A stretch of DNA of 64,000 bases from Patescibacteria group bacterium (GTDB lineage: Bacteria; Patescibacteriota; Minisyncoccia; 2-02-FULL-40-12; IGHO2-01-FULL-4-A): the NCBI GenBank assembly GCA_038064915.1, contig JBBTSB010000005.1, forward strand, positions 10,615-74,614, given 5' to 3'. The position numbers were made by a program, and so were the translations under genes. Below the pieces are notes generated by a model that saw only the letters and a list, made by a program, of their open reading frames with translations, did not search any database and was not told the origin of the DNA. Positions 26,904 through 35,911 of this stretch are shown here, piece by piece. Numbering within the stretch: position 1 is the first letter of the stretch; each line of letters opens with the position of its first letter.

Positions 26904-27743
26904 GTGGATATTGCAAGACTCAAAACTGAATTCCTAGAGTACTTGGAAATTGAGAAAAACCGTTCTCCCAAGACGATCGAGAATTATGATCACTATATTG
27001 GCCGTATTTTGCAGTTTTTGAATGCGAAAACTCCCGGAGATCTTACCGAAGAGGGGATACGGAAGTTTCGTATCGACCTTAATCGTCAGCCTATAAAAAA
27101 AATCACCCAGAACTACCATATCATCGCCTTGCGATCGTTTTTGAAATATTTGGCGAAGCGCGATATCAAGGCGCTCGCACCGGAAAAACTCGAGCTTTCA
27201 AAACAGGAAGATCGCGAGGTTTCATTTCTGGAGCAGGATGAATTAAACAAAGTTCTGACATCTGCCGAGAACTTGCGCGATCGGGCCATTCTGGAAACAC
27301 TCTTCTCTACCGGTTTGCGCGTTTCTGAATTGATTTCGTTGAAGAGAAATGAGATTGACTTTAATCGTGGCGAGTTCACCGTCCGAGGGAAGGGGAGCAA
27401 GTTGCGTGTCGTTTTTCTTTCGGATTCGGCGATCGAGGCTATCGAGGCATATTTGGAAAAACGCACGGACATTGAGCCGGAACTGTTTCCCCTTACGGTG
27501 CGACAAATTCAGCGCATTGTCCGCAAATATGCTATCAAGGCTGGCATCGTCGGCAAGAAAGTTTCGCCACACTCACTTCGTCACAGCTATGCGACAGACC
27601 TGCTTCGTAACGGCGCGGATATTCGTAGCGTCCAAGCCATGCTCGGCCACGCGTCAGTCACCACTACGCAAATTTACACCCACGTGACGGACAAACAGCT
27701 TCGCGATATCCACAAACGATTTCATGGAAAATCCAAAGAATAG
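26904..27743 (+). CDS. Tyrosine recombinase (XerC/XerD family)
   Basis: N-terminal SAM-like core-binding domain; catalytic R..HSLRHSYAT...LGH....TTQIYTHV with Tyr. Confidence 0.85.
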   Translation: MDIARLKTEFLEYLEIEKNRSPKTIENYDHYIGRILQFLNAKTPGDLTEEGIRKFRIDLNRQPIKKITQNYHIIALRSFLKYLAKRDIKALAPEKLELSKQEDREVSFLEQDELNKVLTSAENLRDRAILETLFSTGLRVSELISLKRNEIDFNRGEFTVRGKGSKLRVVFLSDSAIEAIEAYLEKRTDIEPELFPLTVRQIQRIVRKYAIKAGIVGKKVSPHSLRHSYATDLLRNGADIRSVQAMLGHASVTTTQIYTHVTDKQLRDIHKRFHGKSKE

Positions 27744-27755
27744 TGATATGCTGAT

Positions 27756-28883
27756 GTGATGGATATCACACAACAAGAACCAGTACAACAAGAACCAGTA
27801 GCGGCACCGGTTACCTCTTCGCATAAGAAACTCATCGGCATCATCGTTGCCGTTCTTTTACTAGGCGGTATTGGCGCCTATGCGTATACCTCGGGGTGGA
27901 CCAGTTTTAAAGAAGCAGAAGTTGTCGATGTGATTGAGAGCATGGTTGAGGTGGAGTCCGCTCGCTACGAGATGTCGTTTCAGGCGAGTATCCAATCTTC
28001 GCCTCAACCTTCACCTATTGTAGTGAAGGGAACGTTTAAGGGAATTCTCAATACCAAAGATCTGGAGAATATACAGTCCTCGGTTGATGGTGATATTTCG
28101 ATAACCGGCGTTGAGTACGTTTCAACAGAACCTATTCAAATCGGTTTTGAGCTTCGTACCATAGGAAAAACTTCCTACGCAAAGCTCAAAAGCATCTCCG
28201 GACTCACCGGACTCGGACTTCAAATCAGCCAGAGCAAGTGGATTCGCATCAACGAAACGGATCTTCAAGAGCTCTATAACCTCGGTGGAGCAGACATCTC
28301 TACACCAGAAGTCAACGCGGAAGCTTTAGAGCGTATCCAGGACACGTATGGACCGCAGTTCAGCGCTTTGGCCAAAAAACACGACCTCATATCGATTCTT
28401 TCCGTTAAAAATTCCGAACGAATTGACGGAGAGGGTACACGCACCACGTCGTTTCGTTTGCAGGAAGACGCCACCATAGCATTTTCCAAGGAAGCCCTTC
28501 CCCTATACTTCGCGCTGATCAAGGATGTCATCAAAACCATGCCGCAGTACAAGGATATGATGGAAGATGAGGCATTCACGATAAGCGACGAAGACTATCG
28601 GGCGATAGAAGAAGGTCTGCGTGAGTTTTTCAAAAGCACCGATACGACATTTTCAGCAACTATCGGAAAGCGAACCGCGCATCTCTACAGCCTGATCATG
28701 GACATGAAAATCCATGATGAAATGTCCGGAGGAGAGGGGACAGTTACAGCAACTATGATGCTTCGCGACTTCGACAAAGATCTTTCCGTGGAAGTTCCCA
28801 CCGATGTCATTCCATTGCGGGAGTTTATGGAGAGCCTCATGGGAGGGGAGCCAGGTGGACAAGATTTTCCCGTGACAAGATAA
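27756..28883 (+). CDS. Hypothetical membrane-anchored/secreted protein (375 aa)
   Basis: N-terminal TM LIGIIVAVLLLGGIGAYAY; no recognised motif. Confidence 0.5.
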   Translation: MMDITQQEPVQQEPVAAPVTSSHKKLIGIIVAVLLLGGIGAYAYTSGWTSFKEAEVVDVIESMVEVESARYEMSFQASIQSSPQPSPIVVKGTFKGILNTKDLENIQSSVDGDISITGVEYVSTEPIQIGFELRTIGKTSYAKLKSISGLTGLGLQISQSKWIRINETDLQELYNLGGADISTPEVNAEALERIQDTYGPQFSALAKKHDLISILSVKNSERIDGEGTRTTSFRLQEDATIAFSKEALPLYFALIKDVIKTMPQYKDMMEDEAFTISDEDYRAIEEGLREFFKSTDTTFSATIGKRTAHLYSLIMDMKIHDEMSGGEGTVTATMMLRDFDKDLSVEVPTDVIPLREFMESLMGGEPGGQDFPVTR

Positions 28884-28909
28884 CATAGTAACTTATCATT
28901 TTTTTTATC

Positions 28910-31900
28910 ATGAAGCACTCATCACATGTTCTCGTAGTTCTCGTAGGGGTAGCGATACTAGTTGGTGGTACGTTGTTACGCGATGGAGGAGGGGATGTTC
29001 AAAACCAAAGTCCGGACGATCTTACCGCAAATATTAGTGAGGCAGTGGATTTGGAAACTTATGATCCTCAGAAACAGACTCTCTCTAGCATGGGCGCCGA
29101 GTCTATGAGTGATGGACCAAAACTTGCCAGCGATCAGATTTTAATGAAGATTAAGAACTCTTCTGCCCAAACCAGCGCTCAAGCAACTACAATTTTTAAA
29201 AGGTACGGCAAGGTGAAAACCGTACAGGAACATAAACTCAGAAAGACTAAGGGGGGAAGCGAGGAAGCTCTATTTGCCGCTGAATATCAGGTTGACAGAA
29301 AAACGTTGCCAGGTCTTTTACAGAAACTGAAAAAGGATTCTCGGGTAGAATACGCGCAGTTCAATTTTATCTATGAGCCCGACCTGATCCCCAACGACGC
29401 AAAATATACGAGCCAATGGGCTCACACCAAGACGAATGCTCCTGCCGGATGGGATCAATCGACGGGAAACGGTAGTGTAGTCATTGCTGTCATCGGAACG
29501 GGAGCAAAATTTGACCACGAGGATCTTGCCGCAAATATCTGGACCAACATTCTCGAGATTCCTTCGAATGGTATTGACGATGATGCGAATGGATTTGTTG
29601 ATGATATTCGCGGGTGGAATTTTGGAAGCAACAACAACAATGTGTCCGATACCGATGGACATGAAACGTCGGTAGCCGGAAGTGCCGCTGCGACGGGAAA
29701 CAACGTACTGGGAGTTGCTGGTGTGTGTTGGTCCTGCAAAATTATGCCCATTAAAGTGACATATACCTCTGCCAACGTATCTAAGGCAATTTACTATGCC
29801 GCCAACAATGGGGCGAAAGTGATTAACATGAGTTTTGGAAGTTACACCGTTGGTACATTTGGTCCGGATTCGGTAGTACGGACGGCAGTTGACTATGCTG
29901 TATCCAAGGGAGTGCTGGTGATTGCAACTGCGGGCAATGATTCCATAGAAACCAAGCGCTATCCCGGGGCGCTAGAAAATGTAATCGGTGTTGCCTCAAC
30001 GGACTCTTCAAATGGAAGATCAGGTTTTTCCAACTATGGAAGTTGGGTTGATATCGCTGCCCCAGGGTCAGGCGTTCTTTCTACCAAGACTACCGGCTAT
30101 GGATCCGTAAGTGGTACCTCGTTTTCCGCACCGTACATTGCAGGTTTAGCAGGGCTCTTGTTTTCTAAATATCCCGCTTTGTCAGTAGAAGATGCGCGTA
30201 ATGCCATAGAGTTTAATGCCAAAAAAATTGTTACCGATCAGTACATCGGTTCAGGGCTGGTGGACGTGGGTAAGAGCCTTGCTAATCCATACCCGACGCT
30301 TTTTGCAACGATAACGAGTCCTACCAATAATTCTATGATTTTCTCGACCGCGCCATTTCCCATAATCGGTACGGCAATCGGATCAAGCTACAAGCTGGAA
30401 TATCAAGCAGAAGGATCGAGTACATGGGTGCAATTTGGTAGCGGACCTCAAGTGATCAAGGGGGTGCTCGGTAAACTTGCCCTGAGCGATTTACCTACCT
30501 CCGTCTATGACTATAGAATACGCCTTACTGCCATCAACGGATCATTGGAGACGACGGATACCATTCTCGTATCTCGTCCGGGACCATACTTGTCCGGTTG
30601 GCCCAAGACTTCAGCTACGTCTCCCATCCTTGGAGCGCCAAAAATAGTAGATATCGATGGCAATGGAGATATGGAGCTCATCTATGGAGACAATCTTGGG
30701 TACGTGCGCATTCTCAATCACGATGGCCTTCCGCTCACCGGTTGGCCCCAAAAAGCAGCAGGAAACTATATTTTTGGAACACCGGCCGTGGGTGATGTTG
30801 ATGGTGATGGAGACAGGGAAGTAGTAGTGGCAACCTACAACGGAAGTGGAGTAGGGTATGTCACGATCTGGCATCACAATGGATCAAGACTCAATACTTC
30901 GTCACTTTCCGTTGGGCAGGTTCGTGGAGCAGTAGCTTTGGAGAACATGGATGATGACCAAGCTTTAGAGTTGGTTGTTGTAGGTGGTCGTTACCTAGAG
31001 GTACGCAATGCCGACTTCACAACCGTTCCCGGATGGCCCGCACTTTCCAAAGAGACGAACAACCAAACCCCATCAGCAACAGGTGATCTTAATGGCGATG
31101 GAAAAAAAGAAGTGGTTGCCTGTGGTTACCAGTATTGCACTGTCTACGACAACACCGGCAAGGTGATGGTTGACTGGCAGAAAGCCTCGTCCAATGTTCC
31201 TCCAACGTTGGCTGATGTCAACAATGACGGTACCGTTGATATTATTTATAGCGATAACAGTAAGCTGATCGTTAAGGACTATACTGGAAGTACTTTGTTC
31301 AGTACGACCATAGGCGTTGCAAGCGGCTACAACTTCTTGACAGTTGCAGATATCGATAACGACAACGTACCGGAGGTATTCCTTGCCACCCATACTGCTC
31401 CATACAAAATCTACGCTTGGCGTGTGAATGGGACATCACTGGCTGGTTGGCCCAAGAATTTGAGCTCAAGCGGGAGTGAGGTTTCTGTTGGAGATATCAA
31501 CGGTGATGGCAAACAAGATGTCCTTGTTGCTACGGAGGCCGATGGTAAGGTACACGCGTGGTCCTACGATGGTTCAGCTCTCGCAGGATTTCCTCTTAGT
31601 ACCGGTGGATTGATATGGCGCATACCAGCTATTGGAGATCTCAATGGAGATGGCAAAGTAGATATCGCAGTAGGTGATAGTCGTGGTACCATCCACGTGT
31701 GGTCGCAAGGATTTCCTTATCGCACTACCTCTATGCTGTGGCCTTCCGAGCGTATGAATGACAGCAACAACGCATATATTGTGGCAAAGACTATTCCCAG
31801 TCCGACTCCCACGCCAACTCCCACGCCGACTCCCACCACAACTCCAACTACTACTGCTACACCAACACCGACAGCAACACCCACGTCTACTCCTACCCCA

Positions 31901-32446
31901 ACGCCTACTTCTACACCGACAGCTACTCCAACTCCTACGGCAACACCTACAACTACGGTGACGTTGTCAGTAACCAAATCTGGTATTGGCAAGGGTAAGG
32001 TAACGAGTGCTCCTACAGGCATCGACTGCGGCAGCGTCTGTAGTGCAAACTTTGTCAAAGGCAATCTCGTGACACTCACCGCAACCCCGGAAGTGGGCTC
32101 ATATTTCTCAGCTTGGAGTGGTGCATGCACCGGAATTTCAAAGACCTGTACGGTCACTATGGACGTAGCAAAGACTGTCAATGCGCAGTTTAATCTCCCA
32201 AATCAACTGTTGACGGTAACAAAAAATGGCACCGGGACTGGCACCGTCGTCAGCAATGTGGCGCCAGTTAACTGCGGCACCACCTGTTCAGGATATTACA
32301 CCTTTGGTCGTGCCATAACTCTGACCGCCACACCGGCGGTGGGATCAATATTTACCGGCTGGAGTGGCTCTTGTACCGGTACCTCGACGTGCTCACTCCT
32401 GATGACTGAAGCAAAGAACGTCACAGCAACATTCTCGATACAATGA
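28910..32446 (+). CDS. Subtilisin-like (S8) serine protease with FG-GAP/VCBS beta-propeller, Thr/Pro-rich linker and two InlB-B-repeat-like C-terminal domains
   Basis: Catalytic triad contexts VIAVIGTGAKFDHEDL, DTDGHETSVAG and GTSFSAPYIAGLAG; repeated DIDGNGDMEL / VGDVDGDGDREVVVA / GDLNGDGKKEV motifs; PTPTPTPT linker; 2x V..S.P.GI.CG..CS..F..G..VTLTA.P..GS.F.GWSG.CTG. Confidence 0.85.
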   Translation: MKHSSHVLVVLVGVAILVGGTLLRDGGGDVQNQSPDDLTANISEAVDLETYDPQKQTLSSMGAESMSDGPKLASDQILMKIKNSSAQTSAQATTIFKRYGKVKTVQEHKLRKTKGGSEEALFAAEYQVDRKTLPGLLQKLKKDSRVEYAQFNFIYEPDLIPNDAKYTSQWAHTKTNAPAGWDQSTGNGSVVIAVIGTGAKFDHEDLAANIWTNILEIPSNGIDDDANGFVDDIRGWNFGSNNNNVSDTDGHETSVAGSAAATGNNVLGVAGVCWSCKIMPIKVTYTSANVSKAIYYAANNGAKVINMSFGSYTVGTFGPDSVVRTAVDYAVSKGVLVIATAGNDSIETKRYPGALENVIGVASTDSSNGRSGFSNYGSWVDIAAPGSGVLSTKTTGYGSVSGTSFSAPYIAGLAGLLFSKYPALSVEDARNAIEFNAKKIVTDQYIGSGLVDVGKSLANPYPTLFATITSPTNNSMIFSTAPFPIIGTAIGSSYKLEYQAEGSSTWVQFGSGPQVIKGVLGKLALSDLPTSVYDYRIRLTAINGSLETTDTILVSRPGPYLSGWPKTSATSPILGAPKIVDIDGNGDMELIYGDNLGYVRILNHDGLPLTGWPQKAAGNYIFGTPAVGDVDGDGDREVVVATYNGSGVGYVTIWHHNGSRLNTSSLSVGQVRGAVALENMDDDQALELVVVGGRYLEVRNADFTTVPGWPALSKETNNQTPSATGDLNGDGKKEVVACGYQYCTVYDNTGKVMVDWQKASSNVPPTLADVNNDGTVDIIYSDNSKLIVKDYTGSTLFSTTIGVASGYNFLTVADIDNDNVPEVFLATHTAPYKIYAWRVNGTSLAGWPKNLSSSGSEVSVGDINGDGKQDVLVATEADGKVHAWSYDGSALAGFPLSTGGLIWRIPAIGDLNGDGKVDIAVGDSRGTIHVWSQGFPYRTTSMLWPSERMNDSNNAYIVAKTIPSPTPTPTPTPTPTTTPTTTATPTPTATPTSTPTPTPTSTPTATPTPTATPTTTVTLSVTKSGIGKGKVTSAPTGIDCGSVCSANFVKGNLVTLTATPEVGSYFSAWSGACTGISKTCTVTMDVAKTVNAQFNLPNQLLTVTKNGTGTGTVVSNVAPVNCGTTCSGYYTFGRAITLTATPAVGSIFTGWSGSCTGTSTCSLLMTEAKNVTATFSIQ

Positions 32447-32470
32447 TATTAATGTAATAATAATATACCT

Positions 32471-33151
32471 ATGAAAAAATATCTTGCCGGAGGACTTGTA
32501 GGGGTCGGACTTGCGCTCTTTATGTTTCTTGTTTTTGACGAATCGGGAGGTTTCACCGTAGATCGAAATCGTTCTGAAGCTGGAAATTTAAGTGGATCGC
32601 ACTACAATCTGAATATTATTGGTGTACCGAATGGCAAAAGTGTATCAGGCACGGGTTCCAGCGGACATCGCATTTTTGTGCCTCTGGTTGGTTCCTGTAG
32701 GATAAATCTTGCACAGGGAGATTTCAAAGTATTGGATTTCAATTGTACTGATGGGAGTTCGCAGTTCCAACTGCCCAATCCTGATCCGGACAACGATGGC
32801 CTAACGGTATATTCCGTTTGGGCTCGTGCACTCGGCAAACCAGGGGGAAGCTCGACGACCACGACGTGTGCAAAAGATCCTGTTGACGGCGCAGACTACT
32901 GTTCGGTGTATTCCATGGTACAGGTTCGCAAGAAAGGCCAAAGTTCATTCAGCAACGTAAGTAAACAACTTCTCTACGTATACGCGGATATCGATGCCGA
33001 TGGCGTACTTGACCGTATGCCGCTCTTTGATGATCGGCTCCAGGATTACTACTGGTCATATGACAACAATGGCATGAGGCTCATGCAATTGCGATTCTAT
33101 CCAATTGGCACCAACGTTGAAGCTGGGGCTACGATACAGCCGATACGATAA
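32471..33151 (+). CDS. Hypothetical secreted protein (226 aa)
   Basis: Signal-like N-terminus MKKYLAGGLVGVGLALFMFLVF; no motif recognised. Confidence 0.5.
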   Translation: MKKYLAGGLVGVGLALFMFLVFDESGGFTVDRNRSEAGNLSGSHYNLNIIGVPNGKSVSGTGSSGHRIFVPLVGSCRINLAQGDFKVLDFNCTDGSSQFQLPNPDPDNDGLTVYSVWARALGKPGGSSTTTTCAKDPVDGADYCSVYSMVQVRKKGQSSFSNVSKQLLYVYADIDADGVLDRMPLFDDRLQDYYWSYDNNGMRLMQLRFYPIGTNVEAGATIQPIR

Positions 33152-33152
33152 C

Positions 33153-33512
33153 CTAGGACTTGAGAATTTTTATGCCTCCGATCAATGGAGATGGTTTCAT
33201 CGTGCCTTGAGCGGCGCTGATGATACCCATGATCATAATGACGAAGCAGAATATGTAGAGGAGGAAGCCGATGAAAACAAAGGTCAGGAATCCGGAAATG
33301 ACCCATGCAATCAGCTGAACAAGCTGCTGGTTTGCGTGAAACATGGCAAACGGGCTTTTCTTGCCGTCATCCGAGAGAAGCGGGATGAAAAACAAGATGG
33401 GAATGATATACCCGAGGATGGCAAACGCTTTATGCTTGTTTGCGTCGTCATTCATACTGCTCTGTGGCGCCTGCTGACCCATAGACTGCTGCTGGTTCAT
33501 GTTATTGTCCAT
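33153..33512 (-). CDS. DUF4870-family small membrane protein
   Basis: Gln-rich N-terminus, then KHKAFAILGYIIPILFFIPLL...HANQQLVQLIAW, typical of DUF4870. Confidence 0.7.
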   Translation of the reverse strand: MDNNMNQQQSMGQQAPQSSMNDDANKHKAFAILGYIIPILFFIPLLSDDGKKSPFAMFHANQQLVQLIAWVISGFLTFVFIGFLLYIFCFVIMIMGIISAAQGTMKPSPLIGGIKILKS

Positions 33513-33546
33513 AGAAAATAATTAACTATTATCACCATGGTAGCAA

Positions 33547-33578
33547 CAACAAAACCGCCTTGCAAGGCGGTTTTGTTG
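33547..33578. terminator. Bidirectional rho-independent terminator AAAACCGCC-TTGCAA-GGCGGTTTTGTTG
   Basis: 6-bp GC stem flanked by an A-run and a T-run. Confidence 0.65.
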
Positions 33579-33589
33579 TAAGCAGTGGA

Positions 33590-34048
33590 CCAGGGGGTAT
33601 TGAAACCCCGTCTGGAAATATGTTTAACCGAGTACTACACGCGTAGCCCATCTTCTGTACAGATGATACTCAAAGTCGGGCGAAACGTATCATCCGTGTA
33701 CTGATTGATACAATGCATATCCAGCAGGACAACTAGAGATACAAGGCTACTCGCTTTTGACGCCCACTCCTCCTAGCGAGTATCAGGGGGTGAACGACAG
33801 CTTAACCGAAGTTAGGCTGTAGCGTATCCATAGCCGGAGCTATAGGCAGCTGAATAGGTGTTTTTAGCACTTATAGGTTTGCGAATAGTTTCACGAGGTG
33901 TTCGCAAGCTCGGCGTGCACTTGGTGTAAAGGTACTTCCATCAAAACTCGCAGGCCCATATGAAAATACTAACGCATTTCGTAAAAAAGTGTTACAACCC
34001 GCAGGGCCGACGCGTCGCCTTTCGGCAACGATCGACCCCACGGGGGAG
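33590..34048 (-). other. ~460-nt hairpin-rich non-coding segment (candidate structured RNA or long 3' UTR) between the GC-rich ORF and the terminator
   Basis: No ORF over 30 codons with an SD; several inverted repeats (GTATCA..TGATAC, TTGCGAA..TTCGCAA, GCC-TTTC-GGC); I could not match tmRNA or RNase P hallmarks by eye. Confidence 0.35.
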
Positions 34049-34642
34049 CTACTGGATGCGGTGCGGCGCGGGAACGCTCCCTAGCAGGAGCCGGCGGAGG
34101 TCGAAGAACTCGCAGATGAAGTTCTTCGCGAGCTCATCGAACCGTCGCGCCTTGTCCTCGGGGACGCTGGCGATCTGACCGATCGTCAGGACCTCGAGCC
34201 CGTTGACTCCGAGGCCGCAGAGGGCGATGAGGGCCTTGACGAGCTCGATGTGCGTGTCGGTGAAGGAAGTCTCCGAGGACCTCTTGGGAGGCTCGAAGAG
34301 CTCCATCATCCTCGCCTCGCCGACCTTGCTGAGGACCGGGACGCGGTAGTGGGTGCCGCCGGCCTTGCCCCAGGCGATCCGGAGAAGCCCGCGCTCGCGG
34401 AGCATGTTCCAGTTCGCCGTGAGGTGCGCCTTCCCGCCGACGTCGGCGACGGCGCGACGGAGCCGATGGAGGCCGATCCCGATCGCACCCCTCCGGTTCA
34501 CCCACAGCTTGTTGTCGTCGATGAACCGGTTGACGTTCACGACGAGCTTCGCGAAGTCCTCGAGTTTCGTGGTGACCCGGGGGAGCTCGCTTACCAGTGC
34601 GAGATCCAGCCCAGGCATCATGCCGTCGCTTCGCATACTCAT
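34049..34642 (-). CDS. GC-rich hypothetical protein (197 aa), probably horizontally acquired
   Basis: ~65% GC (estimated by eye) with very high GC3; AAGGAGGA SD 8 nt before the ATG; no catalytic motif recognised. Confidence 0.6.
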   Translation of the reverse strand: MSMRSDGMMPGLDLALVSELPRVTTKLEDFAKLVVNVNRFIDDNKLWVNRRGAIGIGLHRLRRAVADVGGKAHLTANWNMLRERGLLRIAWGKAGGTHYRVPVLSKVGEARMMELFEPPKRSSETSFTDTHIELVKALIALCGLGVNGLEVLTIGQIASVPEDKARRFDELAKNFICEFFDLRRLLLGSVPAPHRIQ

Positions 34643-34708
34643 ACCTTCATTCCTCCTTGTTGGTCTGTGTACGAAAAGCCGCGGGGGATCCGCGACTATC
34701 GTGAATGA

Positions 34709-34737
34709 ATCATAGCACTATAGTATAAAATAGTCAA
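34709..34737 (-). promoter_or_regulatory. Near-consensus sigma70 promoter TTGACT-N17-TATGAT for the 197-aa ORF
   Basis: Minus strand: cTTGACTattttatactatagtgcTATGATtc, ~65 nt upstream of the ATG. Confidence 0.55.
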
Positions 34738-35171
34738 GTTTTTAGTTCCCTTGCGATTGTGCGTTTTGCTTCGCGTTTTTTGATGGTTTCGCGTTTGTCG
34801 TATTTCTTTTTGCCTCGCGCGATGCCGAGTTCGAGCTTGAGGAGGCCGTGGTGGTCAAAGATTTTGAGGGGAACGAGGGTAAGACCGCGTTCATCGGCTT
34901 TGCCGATGAGGTATTTGAGTTCTGATTTTTTTAAAAGTAGCTTGCGTGTGCGCTGATCGTCGTAGTCTTTTGGCATATTCCCCGGCTGGTAGGGGGCGAT
35001 GGTGGCGCCCACAAGATATGCCTCACCCCCGAGGATTTTTACGTACGATCCCTTGATAGAAATCTTGCCGGTGCGGATAGATTTTACTTCAGGGCCATGC
35101 AAAACGAGACCAGCGGTAAGGGTTTCCAAAATTTCATAATCGAACCTAGCTTGTTGATTTTCGATTTGCAT
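34734..35171 (-). CDS. smpB: SsrA-binding protein
   Basis: ARFDYEILETLTAGLVLHGPEVKSIRTGKISIKGSYVKILGGEAYLVGATIAPY...KLLLKKSEL.. aligns with SmpB; start ATG 35171. Confidence 0.9.
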   Translation of the reverse strand: MQIENQQARFDYEILETLTAGLVLHGPEVKSIRTGKISIKGSYVKILGGEAYLVGATIAPYQPGNMPKDYDDQRTRKLLLKKSELKYLIGKADERGLTLVPLKIFDHHGLLKLELGIARGKKKYDKRETIKKREAKRTIARELKT

Positions 35172-35436
35172 TTTCGTTTTTTTGATGAGTATACTCCAAA
35201 AGTCGCAGCCCAAGAAATCTTCTTCCTTGAGTAGTTTTTAGATAATGTTCTCTTCGTCTAGCATCCTGTTCGTTTGTACAACCCTCGAAGTATATCAAAT
35301 TAAACGGCAAGCGGAACTTAGTCGAAAAGGTACGACCCTTCTTATGTTGTTCGATTCTTTGACGGAGATTGCTCGTATACCCAGTATACCTATCTCCATC
35401 TTTCAAACTTTCAAGAACATAAATATAGAAAAACAT
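35146..35436 (-). CDS. GIY-YIG nuclease family small protein
   Basis: YIYVLESLKDGDRYTGYTSNLRQRIEQH GIY-YIG motif. Confidence 0.75.
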   Translation of the reverse strand: MFFYIYVLESLKDGDRYTGYTSNLRQRIEQHKKGRTFSTKFRLPFNLIYFEGCTNEQDARRREHYLKTTQGRRFLGLRLLEYTHQKNENANRKSTS

Positions 35437-35465
35437 CGAGCTTTGTCATTATCCCAGTATATCAA

Positions 35466-35508
35466 CTTCCCGTAGCTTCGCTATTTGCGGCAAAGCCGCA
35501 ACGGGAAG
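35466..35508. other. Nested intergenic hairpin CTTCCCGT...(TTGCGGC-AAA-GCCGCAA)...ACGGGAAG
   Basis: 8-bp outer and 7-bp inner perfect inverted repeats. Confidence 0.5.
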
Positions 35509-35521
35509 TTGTATTACTGGG

Positions 35522-35911
35522 TTATAAATCGGCTGCATCGATGGTTTTTTTGATGGCAGCTAGTTGTCGCTTGATGGATTCCAAATCCTTATCGATATGG
35601 TAGAGCTCGATTTCTTCTTTTTGGATTTCTGTTTCCGTTTTTTCATCCAGGCGTTTTTCCTGTTTCAATCCAGACAGTATGATTTGCTCTCCGATAAAAA
35701 ATGATACAAACGTACCCGTAAGCAGCATGATGACAAGGCTCAAGATCAGCGCGGTCCAGTGGCCGATGTAAAGTCCCGACAAATCCCAAATGCCTCGCCA
35801 AAATAAGACCACTCCTATACCTCCAATCATGGCATAGAGCACCGGATAGCGACTCAAGCGGTGCCTGATCCGATCCTCCAGTTCATCAAAAAATTTAATG
35901 ACGTTCTTCAA
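35522..35911 (-). CDS. Hypothetical membrane protein (129 aa) with a C-terminal coiled coil
   Basis: Two TM helices and a Lys/Glu-rich tail. Confidence 0.5.
   Translation of the reverse strand: MKNVIKFFDELEDRIRHRLSRYPVLYAMIGGIGVVLFWRGIWDLSGLYIGHWTALILSLVIMLLTGTFVSFFIGEQIILSGLKQEKRLDEKTETEIQKEEIELYHIDKDLESIKRQLAAIKKTIDAADL

Noticed and set aside
26904-27743. The recombinase as a phage integrase marking a prophage
   Set aside because: There are no phage structural genes in the window. The protein looks like a chromosomal Xer-type recombinase. Its adjacency to the rpsO islet is noted but a prophage is not supported.
31717-32181. Antisense ORFs over the Thr/Pro-rich linker of the S8 protease
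   Set aside because: They are low-complexity artifacts of the ACN/CCN repeat.
33105-33521. 138-aa plus-strand ORF
   Set aside because: It is antisense to the well-supported DUF4870 gene and has no SD.
33590-34048. tmRNA (ssrA) next to smpB
   Set aside because: The minus-strand sequence lacks a GGGG...GGATTCGACG 5' tRNA-like start paired to a 3' acceptor, has no canonical 7-nt T-loop (GGGGTTTCAATACCCC gives 6- or 8-nt loops) and no tag ORF ending in ...AA-stop. I kept it only as an unresolved structured region.
33590-34048. RNase P RNA
   Set aside because: The conserved GGAAAGTCCGGGCTCC, GGGTGAAAGGGTGCGGTAAGAGCGCACC and ACAGAACCCGGCTTA blocks are not found on either strand.
34134-34715. Multiple overlapping ORFs in all frames of the GC-rich block
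   Set aside because: High GC removes stop codons. Only the frame with the SD and promoter (34049..34642, minus) has supporting signals.
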